From positions 299,825-363,824 of the forward strand of contig JBFWNL010000001.1 in NCBI GenBank assembly GCA_050251055.1: DNA of 64,000 bases, in the 5' to 3' direction. Positions within the stretch are counted from its first letter, which is position 1; every line of letters starts with the position of its first letter. The stretch is from Bacteriovoracia bacterium. Lineage in GTDB: Bacteria > Bdellovibrionota > UBA1018 > JBFWNL01. A program made the translations under genes and the position numbers. Below, one piece after another: positions 19,637 to 29,735 of this stretch. The notes under the pieces were generated by a model. The model had not been told where the DNA came from and did not search any database. It saw only the letters and a list, made by a program, of their open reading frames with translations.

Positions 19637-20720
19637 AATAGTCATCCGCTCCGCCCGGGTTAGATCCATGCGGATTTTGAATCAGGCCGAGCTGCTCTTC
19701 GAGGTCGGAGAGCAGCTCGCGCCAATAGCGGGGATCCCCATACTGGGGAAACGCGCGCGGAAACGCCGGGTCTTCCCAACGCTTGGAGATCCAAGCCGCG
19801 AAGTGAACGAAGCGCAAGGCGCGCAATGGTTCCACCAGGCGAAGGCTCGCCGGATCGAAAGCCCGTAGCTGCGAGTAGGCTTCGAGCAGGATCGAGAACT
19901 GAGCCCGCGCCTCGGCATCGCGGCCCGGCACCACCATCCAAAGATCCTGGACCGGCGGGCCGTTCACCATATCGTCAAAGTCTAGGAAGAACGGCCCTTG
20001 GTCATTCCACAGCAAATTACCAAAATGACAGTCCCCGTGAATGCGCTGGATGACCGCATCTTCAAACCAAGCCTGGGAGACCCGGCAAATCTCGCGGACG
20101 ACTTGAGTGAATGGGGCTTCATACTCCGCCGGAATTTTTTTCTGGGCGAGCAGGAAATCGAGCGCATTTAGGGCATAGGCCTGAGGTCCGATGCGCACCC
20201 GGTTTGGCGCCGTACGCGTGGCTCCCACGGCATGGATACGCGCCAGCAGCCGCCCGATGCGCTCCAGCTGCTCGGTAGAAAGCTCGTCCGGCGAACGCCC
20301 ACCCACCTTGGGAAACAGGCAGTAATGGATTCCGCTCTCCGTGTCCGTCCGCAAAGTTTCGCCGTCCGGGAACCTCAGTGGCGCGATCGCGGGAATCTCG
20401 GCGGCCTGCAGATCGAGCAAGAATTGGTGTTCTTCTAGGATCTGCTCCGCGCTCCAGCGACCCGGCCGATAGAATTTCGCCACGCGAAAGCGCTCGCTCG
20501 GCGTGCGCGCCACCACCCCTTCCGGCAGCTCCAGCTCCACCTCGTAAACCCGGTTCTCCATGCTATTTAAGGAGAGGCACCGGCCAGTGCACACAAGCCC
20601 GGCGGATTCCACCGCACTCAAAACCCGCTCGGGCGTGAGTTCGAAGAAAAAGCGAGTGGCGGCCGAGCCCCAAGCGCTTGCGGTCTGTCCTGGTCCTCCC
20701 TTTGGAGGGGCTTTAAACAT
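19629..20720 (-). CDS. srkA: Stress-response Ser/Thr kinase SrkA/RdoA
   Basis: LNSMENRVY, KFYRPGRW, EEHQF, IHGDCHFGN, LDFDD, VQDLWM, RWEDPAFP. Confidence 0.93.
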   Translation of the reverse strand: MFKAPPKGGPGQTASAWGSAATRFFFELTPERVLSAVESAGLVCTGRCLSLNSMENRVYEVELELPEGVVARTPSERFRVAKFYRPGRWSAEQILEEHQFLLDLQAAEIPAIAPLRFPDGETLRTDTESGIHYCLFPKVGGRSPDELSTEQLERIGRLLARIHAVGATRTAPNRVRIGPQAYALNALDFLLAQKKIPAEYEAPFTQVVREICRVSQAWFEDAVIQRIHGDCHFGNLLWNDQGPFFLDFDDMVNGPPVQDLWMVVPGRDAEARAQFSILLEAYSQLRAFDPASLRLVEPLRALRFVHFAAWISKRWEDPAFPRAFPQYGDPRYWRELLSDLEEQLGLIQNPHGSNPGGADDYSI

Positions 20721-20914
20721 GGGGTCAGTCTAACGCATCCACCGGGCAGGGTCGCGTCAAAGTTATAGGAAAATGGCTCAGAATTGTAATTTTTACTCCG
20801 CTTCGATGGAGAGAAAGCGGTGTCATTTAAGTGGGTGGTGCGGAATAGCCCCAAAAGTTTTAGAATTTGTTCAGTTTTTCTCAATTATTTCCTTAGGTGA
20901 TCCGCGTCACATTA

Positions 20915-20930
20915 TGGCATAGGTCCTGCT
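20915..20930 (+). promoter_or_regulatory. Sigma54-type promoter
   Basis: TGGCAT-AGGTC-CTGCT (GG-N10-GC) downstream of an AT-rich tract. Confidence 0.6.
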
Positions 20931-20986
20931 CTACGGCACAGCGCGGCTTGCCTTGGGTTAGGGCGAGCCGGCGAAGTGTGTGAGGT

Positions 20987-21847
20987 GTGATTGTGGGGAT
21001 AGCAAAAATCCGCGACTTGGGCCGGGGGCCTGGGTTGTCGGTATTCGTATTACTTTTGTGTTTGAGCGTCATAAACGCGGAAGCCGCGACGGAAGCGACC
21101 GCGCAGCCTTCCATGTTCTCGCTCGATGCTTTGCTCTCCGCTAGCACGAGCCTGCATACGGGTGAGCAAGCCGCGAGAGCCTCTGAAATGCAACTCTGGC
21201 TCACGCCGGGCATACGGATTTCAGAGAACTGGAAGCTCACCGCGCTCGGGATCATCACGCAAAATCTTGAAAACGAGATGGGCGTCACGATGAGCGACGT
21301 GGAAATCGGCGCTCGCCGCAAAGGCTGGGAGCTCAACCCCTTCTTAAAATTCTCGCCGGGAATCGGCATGAAGGTTCCGGGCAGCAAGACCTCCGTCGTG
21401 GGCCGCGGCTTCCGTACCTCGATCGCGGTTAAGCCCCGCTTGATGTACGATCTTTCCGCCCTCAAGATCTGGGGTCTGCGCGCGATCTCGGGCTACTACC
21501 AGGCTTCGGGTACGCGTAACTTCCACGAGTTTAATACTTCCATCACCGGCGTCTCCAACTCGCAGTACTCCTTCGTGAACACGCTGCGCGTGAATGTCGC
21601 CTTCACGGAGAAGCTCAGCCTCACCCTCGATCAGCTCTTCACCGCGGCCTGGACCTACGAAGGCACGCCCAAGAGCACCTTCGAGATGGGGCAAGAGCTT
21701 AGCTACGAATTTACGGAAAGTTTTGCGTTAGGGGTCGGACATAATAACTCCGGCAATATGTACAAAGAAAACGGCCTGGATTCGAACCTCCAGTTCTTCA
21801 ACCAGGACCACTCGACCGTGTATATGAGCGCGGCGTTTAAGCTTTAA
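20987..21847 (+). CDS. Outer-membrane beta-barrel protein, hypothetical (GTG start at 20987 or 20993)
   Basis: Signal peptide, alternating strand pattern, ends VYMSAAFKL; 14 nt from the next gene. Confidence 0.7.
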   Translation: MIVGIAKIRDLGRGPGLSVFVLLLCLSVINAEAATEATAQPSMFSLDALLSASTSLHTGEQAARASEMQLWLTPGIRISENWKLTALGIITQNLENEMGVTMSDVEIGARRKGWELNPFLKFSPGIGMKVPGSKTSVVGRGFRTSIAVKPRLMYDLSALKIWGLRAISGYYQASGTRNFHEFNTSITGVSNSQYSFVNTLRVNVAFTEKLSLTLDQLFTAAWTYEGTPKSTFEMGQELSYEFTESFALGVGHNNSGNMYKENGLDSNLQFFNQDHSTVYMSAAFKL

Positions 21848-21861
21848 AAGGGGATAGAGAC

Positions 21862-24800
21862 ATGAAAACGAACCAGCTTTTTTTCGCTTCGGCCACGGTA
21901 TTGGCGCTAGCCATCTCGGGCTGCACTAAGCCACGTCCATATAAAGAGGTCTATAAGGAAGAGGTGCTCGATCGAGGGCTCTTCGACACGAAGTCCCTCT
22001 ACCTCTACGCGCCGTCGGTCGTGGATTCCGCACGGACGTCGACCGCTTCTCGTCCTTACTGGATGGGAGAGCAGAAGCTCGTAAAGCTGAAGTTCGCCGA
22101 AGACGGGCTGAAGCTCGTGGAAGTCGAAGGCGACGCACGCTTTACGGACAATCCGACCAACGAAAAACCGGTGCTAACAATTCCCGGGGAGTACCTAGAA
22201 TACCGCTGCGCCAAGAACGAAGTGGACGAGTGTTCCAACAAGGAAGAAGTAAACAACGATCTGCCTTGGAGCGCTCGGTCGAAATTCAAGCCCAAGCTGG
22301 CGAAGCTCGAGGTTCAGGAAACCAACCTCATGCCCACCCAGCTCGCGAACCTGGTCATCGGCTGCTATAAAGACCAGGGTTTCGAAGTCGTAAGCGCCAA
22401 GTGGGAAAACGACGCCATCAACTTTGAACTCGAACACTCGTACGGCGTGAATGTGATGTGCGCGGACTTCGATCAAGCCGCCACCGAGCACGAGCTCTTC
22501 TCAGGCCTGACCGTGAAGGTACGCGAACACTTCTCGATCGTGAAACGCGACTCGCTCGTCACGAAGGGCTACGAGCCGGTGAAGTATCCGGAAGCCGATA
22601 GTAATACGTTCGGCTTCTTCGAGACCGAGCAGCATAAGCTCGACGTCGATAACCGGGACCAAGAAAAAGGCATGACCAAGCTCATGAACCGCTGGAACCC
22701 GCAGGCTAAGGAAGTCGTGTACTACTTGAGCGCGGCCTACCGAAAACCCGAGCTAGCTCACATTCGGGAAGCGACGCTCCAGTCGGTGAAGATCATCAAT
22801 GACGGCTTAGCGCAATCGGGCGCGAACCTTCGTTTGGTGGCCAAGGACATGACCGAATCCACGCGCATCGGCGATCTACGCACGAACGCGCTCGTGCTGG
22901 TGGAAGATCCGATCGCGGGCGGGCTCTTGGGCTACGGCCCGACGATCGCCGACCCCCTCACGGGCGAGATCATCCATGGCCGCGTGGTAATGTACTACGG
23001 CAACCTCGTCAAATACATCAAGCTGACCTACGACGACATTGTCGCTGAACGTCGTCGTGAAGCGGGAGCGCCGCCGGCCCAGCCTCCGGTGGACGCGCCT
23101 AAGGAAGAGCCGAAAGAAGAACCCAAGGACGACGCCGGTTTGCTGATGGCGCTGAAGGCCACCCCCGCCGCGAGCGGCTTGGACGCGGAAGTCCGCAAGC
23201 TCACGCTCGAATCCGCGACCGACCTGAGGGACAAACCGCGCCAGAAGATGAATCTCGGCCAAATGCGCGAGCTCGTCCGTGCCCAAGGGTACGACATGAC
23301 CCGGATCCAGGAGCGCTATCGAATTGCCCAAGCCAAGGCAAATGACGCCGGCAAGGCTGAAGATCTGCTGCCGATATCCGAGGTCAACGAAAAAGCCGAT
23401 CGCCTCTCCACGCTTTCGGAACACTGCGGTTACCCGGGTGAAATGGCTAATTTCCAGGGCGCCGTGGGATCCGCGATCGACGACGTATTGCCCAAGGGTG
23501 AGTTAAAGCCTTGGGAAGAGCTGACGGACGCCGAAAAGGTCCAGATCACGCGTCTCATTCTGCCGACGACCTGGGTCCCGACGCTCATCCACGAACTCGG
23601 TCACAACCTGGGCCTGCGCCATAACTTCGCCGGCAGCATGGATAAGGCGAATCATTATACCGCCAAGGAAACGGAAAAATTGGGCCTGAAGCGAATCATG
23701 CCCTACTCCTCGATGATGGAATACCCCAATAAGGAGATCAATGCGCTCCAGGTGATGGGTAAGTACGACATCGCAGCCCTACGCTTCGGTTACACCCGCA
23801 CGGTGGAGCAACTCGATATCGAGCGCGACGCCGACGGCAAGCCGAAAGTTGACGACGAGGGCGAATACGTGATCAAAACGGCGAAAAACGACGCCGGCGA
23901 AGAAGTACCCGTGACGGTCTCCGTAGCCGTGCCCGGCACATTAGCGGAGCTGAAAGCCAAAACCGATCCAAAACTCACGTTCACAAACTACGAGTATTGC
24001 ACGGACGAAGGCGTGGGCGCGAACCCCACCTGTAACCGTTTCGACGAAGGCACGACTATGGCCGAAGTCGCGCAAAATCTCATCGACAGCTACGACGAGA
24101 TGTATACGCGGCGTAACTTCCGCTCCGGTCGCCGCGATTTCAGCCTGATGAATGATGGCGATTACGCGATTTCCATCAACCGCACCTTCCGCGGCCTGCG
24201 CCTGTTCTTCGAAATGTACGAAACGCTGGTCACGCGCTTCAACATTCCGGCGGAAGCCTGGGAGGAAGAGCCGTTCCTGGCCGATCTGAACTCGGCCGTG
24301 GAAAAAGCCGGCGACTTCTACTTGAGGGTGATGCGCACGCCGGACGTCTTCTGCTCGCTCGCCTCAATTGACGAGCCGAACGAACCGGTCGGTCTGCAGA
24401 TGCTCTATGCGATCAACAAGCGATCGGTGAGCTGCTTCGAGCCGGCCATCATCGCGCTCGCGGCGCAGAACGGACTTGTGGTTCACGGGCAAGGCGGACG
24501 GTCTTTCCGTTCGCTGAAGGCCCCCGGTAGCGAGAACCCATACGCTGACCAAATCGACGTACGCGGGATCTGGATCGATAAGCTCCTGGCCGAACAGAGC
24601 CTGCTCGCCCGGCGCATCGGCAGCCCGCTGTTCGACGGCGAAACCCTGAACTTCCTGCAGAAGCCAGGATTCGCCGATAAGGCGCTTAAGGCGTTCGAGG
24701 AGATCCTGGACGATCGCCTCACCGGCGAGCTCGTGGTGACGACTGCCCAAGGCAAACAGGTTTCGCTGGGAGCAGGCGGTTGGCCGCTCTCGGTCACGCA

Positions 24801-25671
24801 CAAGATTGTACGGCCGATGGATCCGTTCATTCGCCGGGCGTTCTCGCTCCCGCAAGGCGACAACACGACCTTCGTCAACGAGCTCGTCTTCAACGTGAAT
24901 GCGTGGATGCCGAGCCGCGAGCACGACTGGGCGGCTCGGCCGTTCATCCGGCTGTTTGACGTCTGGGAAGTGTCGCTCACGGACAGCCAAGACTACGACA
25001 AGAGCCTGCGCGTGCTCGACCTGGGAACCCGCCGTTTCTTGGCGGGCCCGCAGCAGGCGTTCGCGCGCAAAATCATGAACGAGATGGATCAAGTCCGCCT
25101 CATGACTCAGGTCAAGCCAGCGGATCTGGCGAAGATTCTCGCGGACCTGAAGAAACCGCAGCCCCCGGGCCCGGCTCCGGAGCCAAAGCCGGATCCCAAA
25201 CAGAATGAGGATCGCGCGGCGAAGCAACAGCGCATCGCCATCGCGGGCCTGAGCTTGGAGACGTTCCGTAAACGCGTGGCGGACGCGAAAGACTGGACGA
25301 TCGAGCAGCTGCTGGAGATTCTCAAGCAGGCCGGCGCCGAAGGCGAAATCAAGGAGCGGGAACTCGCCCGCGCCGTGATCGCCGTTAGCGACGCGCTCGA
25401 GATCGCGCGGGCCGCGAAGCCAGGCGAGGAACAAGACGCCAAAATCCTGGAAGTCGTGAAAGCTTCCAAGAAAGAAGCCGTGGTCAAGCTCGTGATCGAG
25501 AAGGTCATTAGCGAAGCCATCGTGCCGGCCGAACCCGTGCCGACCGAAACGATCGAAGCCAAGGTCCGCAAGCTCGGCCCGGCCCCGATCGAGAAGTTCC
25601 TCAAGAATGGATTCAAGTCGGAGCGCGTTTACTCTGACTTATTGATGGTTCTCACTAAATCCGGCCGCTAG
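21862..25671 (+). CDS. Large zinc-dependent metalloprotease lipoprotein (metzincin, EcxA-like)
   Basis: Lipobox LAISGC; GYGPTIADPLTGEI; HELGHNLGLRHNFAGS; Met-turn SSMMEY; GKYDIAALRFGY. Confidence 0.9.
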   Translation: MKTNQLFFASATVLALAISGCTKPRPYKEVYKEEVLDRGLFDTKSLYLYAPSVVDSARTSTASRPYWMGEQKLVKLKFAEDGLKLVEVEGDARFTDNPTNEKPVLTIPGEYLEYRCAKNEVDECSNKEEVNNDLPWSARSKFKPKLAKLEVQETNLMPTQLANLVIGCYKDQGFEVVSAKWENDAINFELEHSYGVNVMCADFDQAATEHELFSGLTVKVREHFSIVKRDSLVTKGYEPVKYPEADSNTFGFFETEQHKLDVDNRDQEKGMTKLMNRWNPQAKEVVYYLSAAYRKPELAHIREATLQSVKIINDGLAQSGANLRLVAKDMTESTRIGDLRTNALVLVEDPIAGGLLGYGPTIADPLTGEIIHGRVVMYYGNLVKYIKLTYDDIVAERRREAGAPPAQPPVDAPKEEPKEEPKDDAGLLMALKATPAASGLDAEVRKLTLESATDLRDKPRQKMNLGQMRELVRAQGYDMTRIQERYRIAQAKANDAGKAEDLLPISEVNEKADRLSTLSEHCGYPGEMANFQGAVGSAIDDVLPKGELKPWEELTDAEKVQITRLILPTTWVPTLIHELGHNLGLRHNFAGSMDKANHYTAKETEKLGLKRIMPYSSMMEYPNKEINALQVMGKYDIAALRFGYTRTVEQLDIERDADGKPKVDDEGEYVIKTAKNDAGEEVPVTVSVAVPGTLAELKAKTDPKLTFTNYEYCTDEGVGANPTCNRFDEGTTMAEVAQNLIDSYDEMYTRRNFRSGRRDFSLMNDGDYAISINRTFRGLRLFFEMYETLVTRFNIPAEAWEEEPFLADLNSAVEKAGDFYLRVMRTPDVFCSLASIDEPNEPVGLQMLYAINKRSVSCFEPAIIALAAQNGLVVHGQGGRSFRSLKAPGSENPYADQIDVRGIWIDKLLAEQSLLARRIGSPLFDGETLNFLQKPGFADKALKAFEEILDDRLTGELVVTTAQGKQVSLGAGGWPLSVTHKIVRPMDPFIRRAFSLPQGDNTTFVNELVFNVNAWMPSREHDWAARPFIRLFDVWEVSLTDSQDYDKSLRVLDLGTRRFLAGPQQAFARKIMNEMDQVRLMTQVKPADLAKILADLKKPQPPGPAPEPKPDPKQNEDRAAKQQRIAIAGLSLETFRKRVADAKDWTIEQLLEILKQAGAEGEIKERELARAVIAVSDALEIARAAKPGEEQDAKILEVVKASKKEAVVKLVIEKVISEAIVPAEPVPTETIEAKVRKLGPAPIEKFLKNGFKSERVYSDLLMVLTKSGR

Positions 25672-25724
25672 TTTCCGGCCGGATTCACACTCGCAACGAG
25701 GGACCCGCACTCGCGGGTCCCTCG
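25658..25724 (+). terminator. Two tandem hairpins at the metalloprotease 3' end
   Basis: AATCCGGCCG/CGGCCGGATT spanning the stop, then perfect 12-bp CGAGGGACCCGC-ACTC-GCGGGTCCCTCG; no U tract. Confidence 0.45.
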
Positions 25725-25784
25725 GAAGCGAACGGCCGCGAAATTTCACGTGGCGAAGATGGGGATTCGTGAGAAGAACACCCC

Positions 25785-26393
25785 ATGCCCCGAATTCGTT
25801 GGCTGCCCGCTCTGCTGCTCGTCGGTTTCGTCCTCGCTCCCCCTACTTCCGCCCACGCTGCCCTGGGTTTTTCTCTCTTCGGTGACTTGAACTTCGCCAA
25901 TCTGAACGCCAAGGACGCGGTCACCGGGGCGGATCTCAACAATCACGCCAAGCTCGGTTTCGGGGGCGGGCTCGGAATCGACTTGCCGTTGGGTTCGCGC
26001 GTCGCCATCGGCATCGGGCTTCAATACGACCGCCTCACCTATCACGACCCTCGCCGCGCCCTGGATTTCACGTTCACGCGCTTCAATGTCCCGGTGCTGC
26101 TAAGAGTTTTCCTGGCACGTCCGGTGTTCATCAGCGTGGGGGGTTACTATAATGTGGGCTTGGGCGGCATCCGGGACAGCCAGGGCGATACCTATACTTA
26201 CGCTCCCCTCAACCGTATCTACGATTACGGCCTGGTTACCGGCGTAGGCTTCCACCTGGGCCGGATCCTCCTCGAAGGGCGATACTACCTGGGCCTGGCG
26301 GAAAACAGCGCCAACCTCAACATCGCGGCCAGCCAGAAGTGGACGAATATTCAGATCCTTTTCGGCATCCTCCTAGGCGCGCAGTCCAAGTAA
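25785..26393 (+). CDS. Small outer-membrane beta-barrel (porin-family) protein
   Basis: Signal peptide ending AHA; GFGGGLG, VPVLLR, DYGLVTGVG, EGRYYLGL. Confidence 0.8.
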   Translation: MPRIRWLPALLLVGFVLAPPTSAHAALGFSLFGDLNFANLNAKDAVTGADLNNHAKLGFGGGLGIDLPLGSRVAIGIGLQYDRLTYHDPRRALDFTFTRFNVPVLLRVFLARPVFISVGGYYNVGLGGIRDSQGDTYTYAPLNRIYDYGLVTGVGFHLGRILLEGRYYLGLAENSANLNIAASQKWTNIQILFGILLGAQSK

Positions 26394-26440
26394 TTCCCTT
26401 TTGCCATATCCTCAAAATTACGCTAAAAGTCTGCGTATTT

Positions 26441-27463
26441 ATGTCAGATATTTTATCGCCCTGGAGCCCCTTGATGAAGACCGCGCTCGAAGCCGCGGCT
26501 GCATTCGAAGGCGCCACTTCGCCGAACCCACCCGTAGGCGCCGTCGGCGTGGACGCGTCCGGTAATGTCTTGTCCGTCGGTGCCCACGTGCGCGCCGGGG
26601 AGCCCCACGCGGAGCAAGTGGTCATCGCGGATTGCCGAGCCCGGGGTATCGATGGTCAACTACACACGCTGGTCGTCACGCTCGAACCCTGTAACCACGT
26701 CGGCCGCACTCCCGCCTGCAGCGAAATCATCTTGTCGATTCCTTCCCTCCGTCGGGTCGTCTACGGCGCCGGCGATCCCAATCCACGCGTAGCCGGTGGT
26801 GGCGGCGAACGGTTGCGCGCGCAGGGTCTGGAAGTCATCGAAGGTGTCGAGCGCGCAGGCTGCGAAAAACTCATCCGTGCGTTCTCCCATCATACGCGGA
26901 CGGGCTTGCCTTGGATCACGATGAAGGTCGCGCTCGATCCCCACGGATCGATGATCCCACCCACGGGACAGAAAACCTTTACGAGCGAGGCTTCGCTTAA
27001 GCTCGCGCACGAACTTCGACGCCGAGCCGACGCGATTCTCACCGGCAGCGGCACGGTGCTCGCCGATTCGCCCGAGTTCACCGTCCGCCACGTGCCTGAT
27101 TTCACCCATAAACGCCGGCGGCTGATCGTGATGGATCGCCGCGGCCAGGTGACGGAAAAAAGTGACTGGTTCGTGCTGGCTCGGGAACGAGGGTTTGACG
27201 TGCAATGCGAAGCACGCCCTCTTCCCATCATTCTCACGGAACTAGGCCGGTCCGGAGTAATGGAACTGCTCGTGGAGGCCGGCCCCACGCTCTCCCGCGC
27301 CCTGCAGCGCGCGGGACTCTGGAACGAGCGCGTGACGATTCAAAGCACGGAAGGCAAAGATGATGTCGTGCAGATACAGTACAATCCGGCTGCGCCGCTC
27401 ACGATTGCCGAAGGGAACGCCACGCCGAACGCCACGGAGGACGAATGTTTACCGGCATCGTAG
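26441..27463 (+). CDS. ribD: Bifunctional riboflavin deaminase/reductase
   Basis: PNPPVGA, HAE, TLEPCNHVGRTPAC, DPNPRV, HELRRRADAILTG, LLVEAG. Confidence 0.93.
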   Translation: MSDILSPWSPLMKTALEAAAAFEGATSPNPPVGAVGVDASGNVLSVGAHVRAGEPHAEQVVIADCRARGIDGQLHTLVVTLEPCNHVGRTPACSEIILSIPSLRRVVYGAGDPNPRVAGGGGERLRAQGLEVIEGVERAGCEKLIRAFSHHTRTGLPWITMKVALDPHGSMIPPTGQKTFTSEASLKLAHELRRRADAILTGSGTVLADSPEFTVRHVPDFTHKRRRLIVMDRRGQVTEKSDWFVLARERGFDVQCEARPLPIILTELGRSGVMELLVEAGPTLSRALQRAGLWNERVTIQSTEGKDDVVQIQYNPAAPLTIAEGNATPNATEDECLPAS

Positions 27464-28056
27464 AGGCCTTGGGCACCGTCACGCAGGTGGAGCGCGGCGC
27501 GGACTTTACCCGGGTTACCCTGAGCACCGGCTGGGAAGACCTTGCCTTGGGCGAGAGCGTTGCTCTCAATGGCGTCTGCCTCACCGTCGCGGCGGGCTCT
27601 AGCCCCAGCCACACGCTCTTTTTCGTGAGCCCCGAAACGTTGGCTAAAACGAATCTGGGCGAACTGACGAGCGGGACCCGCGTGAACTTAGAGAGGGCGT
27701 TGGCCTTGGGCGCCCGCCTTTCGGGACACTGGGTGCAGGGCCATGTGGACGGGGTTGCCCATTTTCAAGGCGCAGATAAAGACGCGGAAAGTTATCGAAT
27801 CACCGTCGAGTTGCCAGCCGAACTCTCCCGTTATTGTGTCGAAAAAGGCTCGATTTGCCTCGACGGAGTAAGCTTGACCCTCAACCAAGTCGCCCCCCCT
27901 CGGGGAAACGCATTTTCCGTCGGCATCACCCTCATCCCCCACACCTGGGAACACACCCGTTTTCATGCTATGAAGCCGGGCGACCCCATCAACGTGGAGG
28001 TGGATGTGCTGGCCAAGTACGTGGCCAAGAACATGGAGATCCTATGTCGCAACTAA
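27445..28056 (+). CDS. ribE: Riboflavin synthase
   Basis: MFTGIVE start, NGVCLTV, VNLERA, GHVDG, DGVSLT, LIPHT. Confidence 0.97.
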   Translation: MFTGIVEALGTVTQVERGADFTRVTLSTGWEDLALGESVALNGVCLTVAAGSSPSHTLFFVSPETLAKTNLGELTSGTRVNLERALALGARLSGHWVQGHVDGVAHFQGADKDAESYRITVELPAELSRYCVEKGSICLDGVSLTLNQVAPPRGNAFSVGITLIPHTWEHTRFHAMKPGDPINVEVDVLAKYVAKNMEILCRN

Positions 28057-29303
28057 AACTGGCGCTCGAACACCTGCAGCAAGGAAAAATGGTCATTCTC
28101 GTCGACGACGAGGACCGTGAAAACGAAGGAGACCTGGTGTTGCCCGCGCAGCATGTGACGCCCGAGGCGATCAACTTCCTCGCCAAGCACGCCCGCGGCT
28201 TAATCTGCTTGTCGCTCGAAGCAAGCCGCGTGGAAGAGCTACAGATCCCCATGATGACCACGCGCAACCAGTCTCAGCGCCAAACCGCCTTCACCGTCTC
28301 GATCGAGGCGCGCGATGGGATCAGCACCGGCATTTCGGCCGCCGACCGTGCTCACACGGTCAAAGTCGCGATCAACCCTCGCTCCACCGCCAGCGACATC
28401 ATCACTCCCGGCCATGTATTCCCACTGCGCGCGGTGGAAGGCGGCGTGCTCGTGCGCGCTGGGCACACCGAGGGCTCCCTAGATCTCATGCGCATGGCCG
28501 GCCTGCAGCCGGCGGCCGTGATCTGCGAAATCATGAACGAGGACGGCACCATGGCGCGCATGCGCGACCTGCGCGAATTTGCGGCCCGGCACGGGGAAAT
28601 CCCGATCGTGGCAATCAAGGAGCTCATCTCCCACCGCATGGAGAATGAATCGCTCGTCAAGGAAGTCGCATCCTCCAAGCTACCCACCGCTTTCGGTGAA
28701 TTCACGATGCATGCGTTCGTCAGCTTAATCGACGGGGCCGAACACCTGGCGCTCGTACGCACGAAAACAGCAGGGTCGGATCTCAAGCCGGGCCAGGAGA
28801 AATTCCAGGGTCCCGCGCTCGTGCGGGTGCACTCGGAGTGTCTCACGGGCGATGCACTCCTTTCCGCGCGCTGTGATTGCGGCGAGCAGCTGAAATCGGC
28901 GTTGAAGCAGATAGCCGAAAGTGAAAACGGCGTGCTCGTCTACATGCGCCGCCACGAGGGTCGCGGCATAGGACTGCTCAATAAAATCAAAGCCTACGCC
29001 CTGCAAGATCAAGGCATGGATACGGTCGAGGCGAACCGCCATCTGGGTTTTCAGCCCGATTTGCGTCATTACGGAATCGGCGCCCAGATCCTGCGTACCC
29101 TCGGAGTGAAAGAACTGAAGCTGCTTACAAATAACCCGAAGAAGGTCGTCGGGCTCGATGGTTACGGCTTGAAAATCGTCGATCGCGTAGCGATCGAGGC
29201 CTCGCCAAATCCCCATAACTCGCAGTATCTGACGACGAAGCGCGAGAAGCTGGGCCACCAGCTTTCGCTCGTGAACGAAGTAAAACCCGGGAGTTCTAAG
29301 TGA
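28044..29303 (+). CDS. ribBA: DHBP synthase / GTP cyclohydrolase II
   Basis: DDEDRENEGD, TGISAADR, PGHVFPL, RVHSECLTGD, CDCG, EGRGIGL; start MSQLK at 28044. Confidence 0.97.
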   Translation: MSQLKLALEHLQQGKMVILVDDEDRENEGDLVLPAQHVTPEAINFLAKHARGLICLSLEASRVEELQIPMMTTRNQSQRQTAFTVSIEARDGISTGISAADRAHTVKVAINPRSTASDIITPGHVFPLRAVEGGVLVRAGHTEGSLDLMRMAGLQPAAVICEIMNEDGTMARMRDLREFAARHGEIPIVAIKELISHRMENESLVKEVASSKLPTAFGEFTMHAFVSLIDGAEHLALVRTKTAGSDLKPGQEKFQGPALVRVHSECLTGDALLSARCDCGEQLKSALKQIAESENGVLVYMRRHEGRGIGLLNKIKAYALQDQGMDTVEANRHLGFQPDLRHYGIGAQILRTLGVKELKLLTNNPKKVVGLDGYGLKIVDRVAIEASPNPHNSQYLTTKREKLGHQLSLVNEVKPGSSK

Positions 29304-29728
29304 AGTTCGCGATCGTGATCAGCCGCTTCAACGAGGAAGTGACCCGTGGGCTGCTCGCCGGCGCGAAGGCCTACCTGGCGGAAAAGGGCGTCGAGCTCGC
29401 CGACAGCGACGTTACCTGGGCGCCGGGCGCGTTCGAAGCACCCCTTTTGGCTCAGCGCCTTGCGCGCACGGGACGCTTTGACGGCGTGATCTGCCTCGGG
29501 TGCGTGATCAAAGGCGATACTGCCCATTTCGAGTTCATCAGCCTAGGCGCGACCATCGGCATCCAACAGGCGATGCTCACCACCGGCGTGCCGATCAGTT
29601 TTGGCATCCTCACCACCTACACGGACGAGCAGGCCGAAAAGCGCGCCCAGCCCGGCGCCGAAAACAAGGGACGCGAGGCCGCCGCCGCTTGCTTCGAGAC
29701 CGCGCTCACCCTGAAATCGATTTTGTAA
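29300..29728 (+). CDS. ribH: Lumazine synthase
   Basis: SRFN, PGAFEAP, GCVIKGDTAHFE, FGILT, NKGREAA. Confidence 0.97.
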   Translation: MKFAIVISRFNEEVTRGLLAGAKAYLAEKGVELADSDVTWAPGAFEAPLLAQRLARTGRFDGVICLGCVIKGDTAHFEFISLGATIGIQQAMLTTGVPISFGILTTYTDEQAEKRAQPGAENKGREAAAACFETALTLKSIL

Positions 29729-29735
29729 GAGCCGC

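Noticed and set aside
26394-26440. FMN riboswitch ahead of the rib operon
   Set aside because: Only 47 nt separate the upstream gene from ribD, and no RFN consensus is visible.
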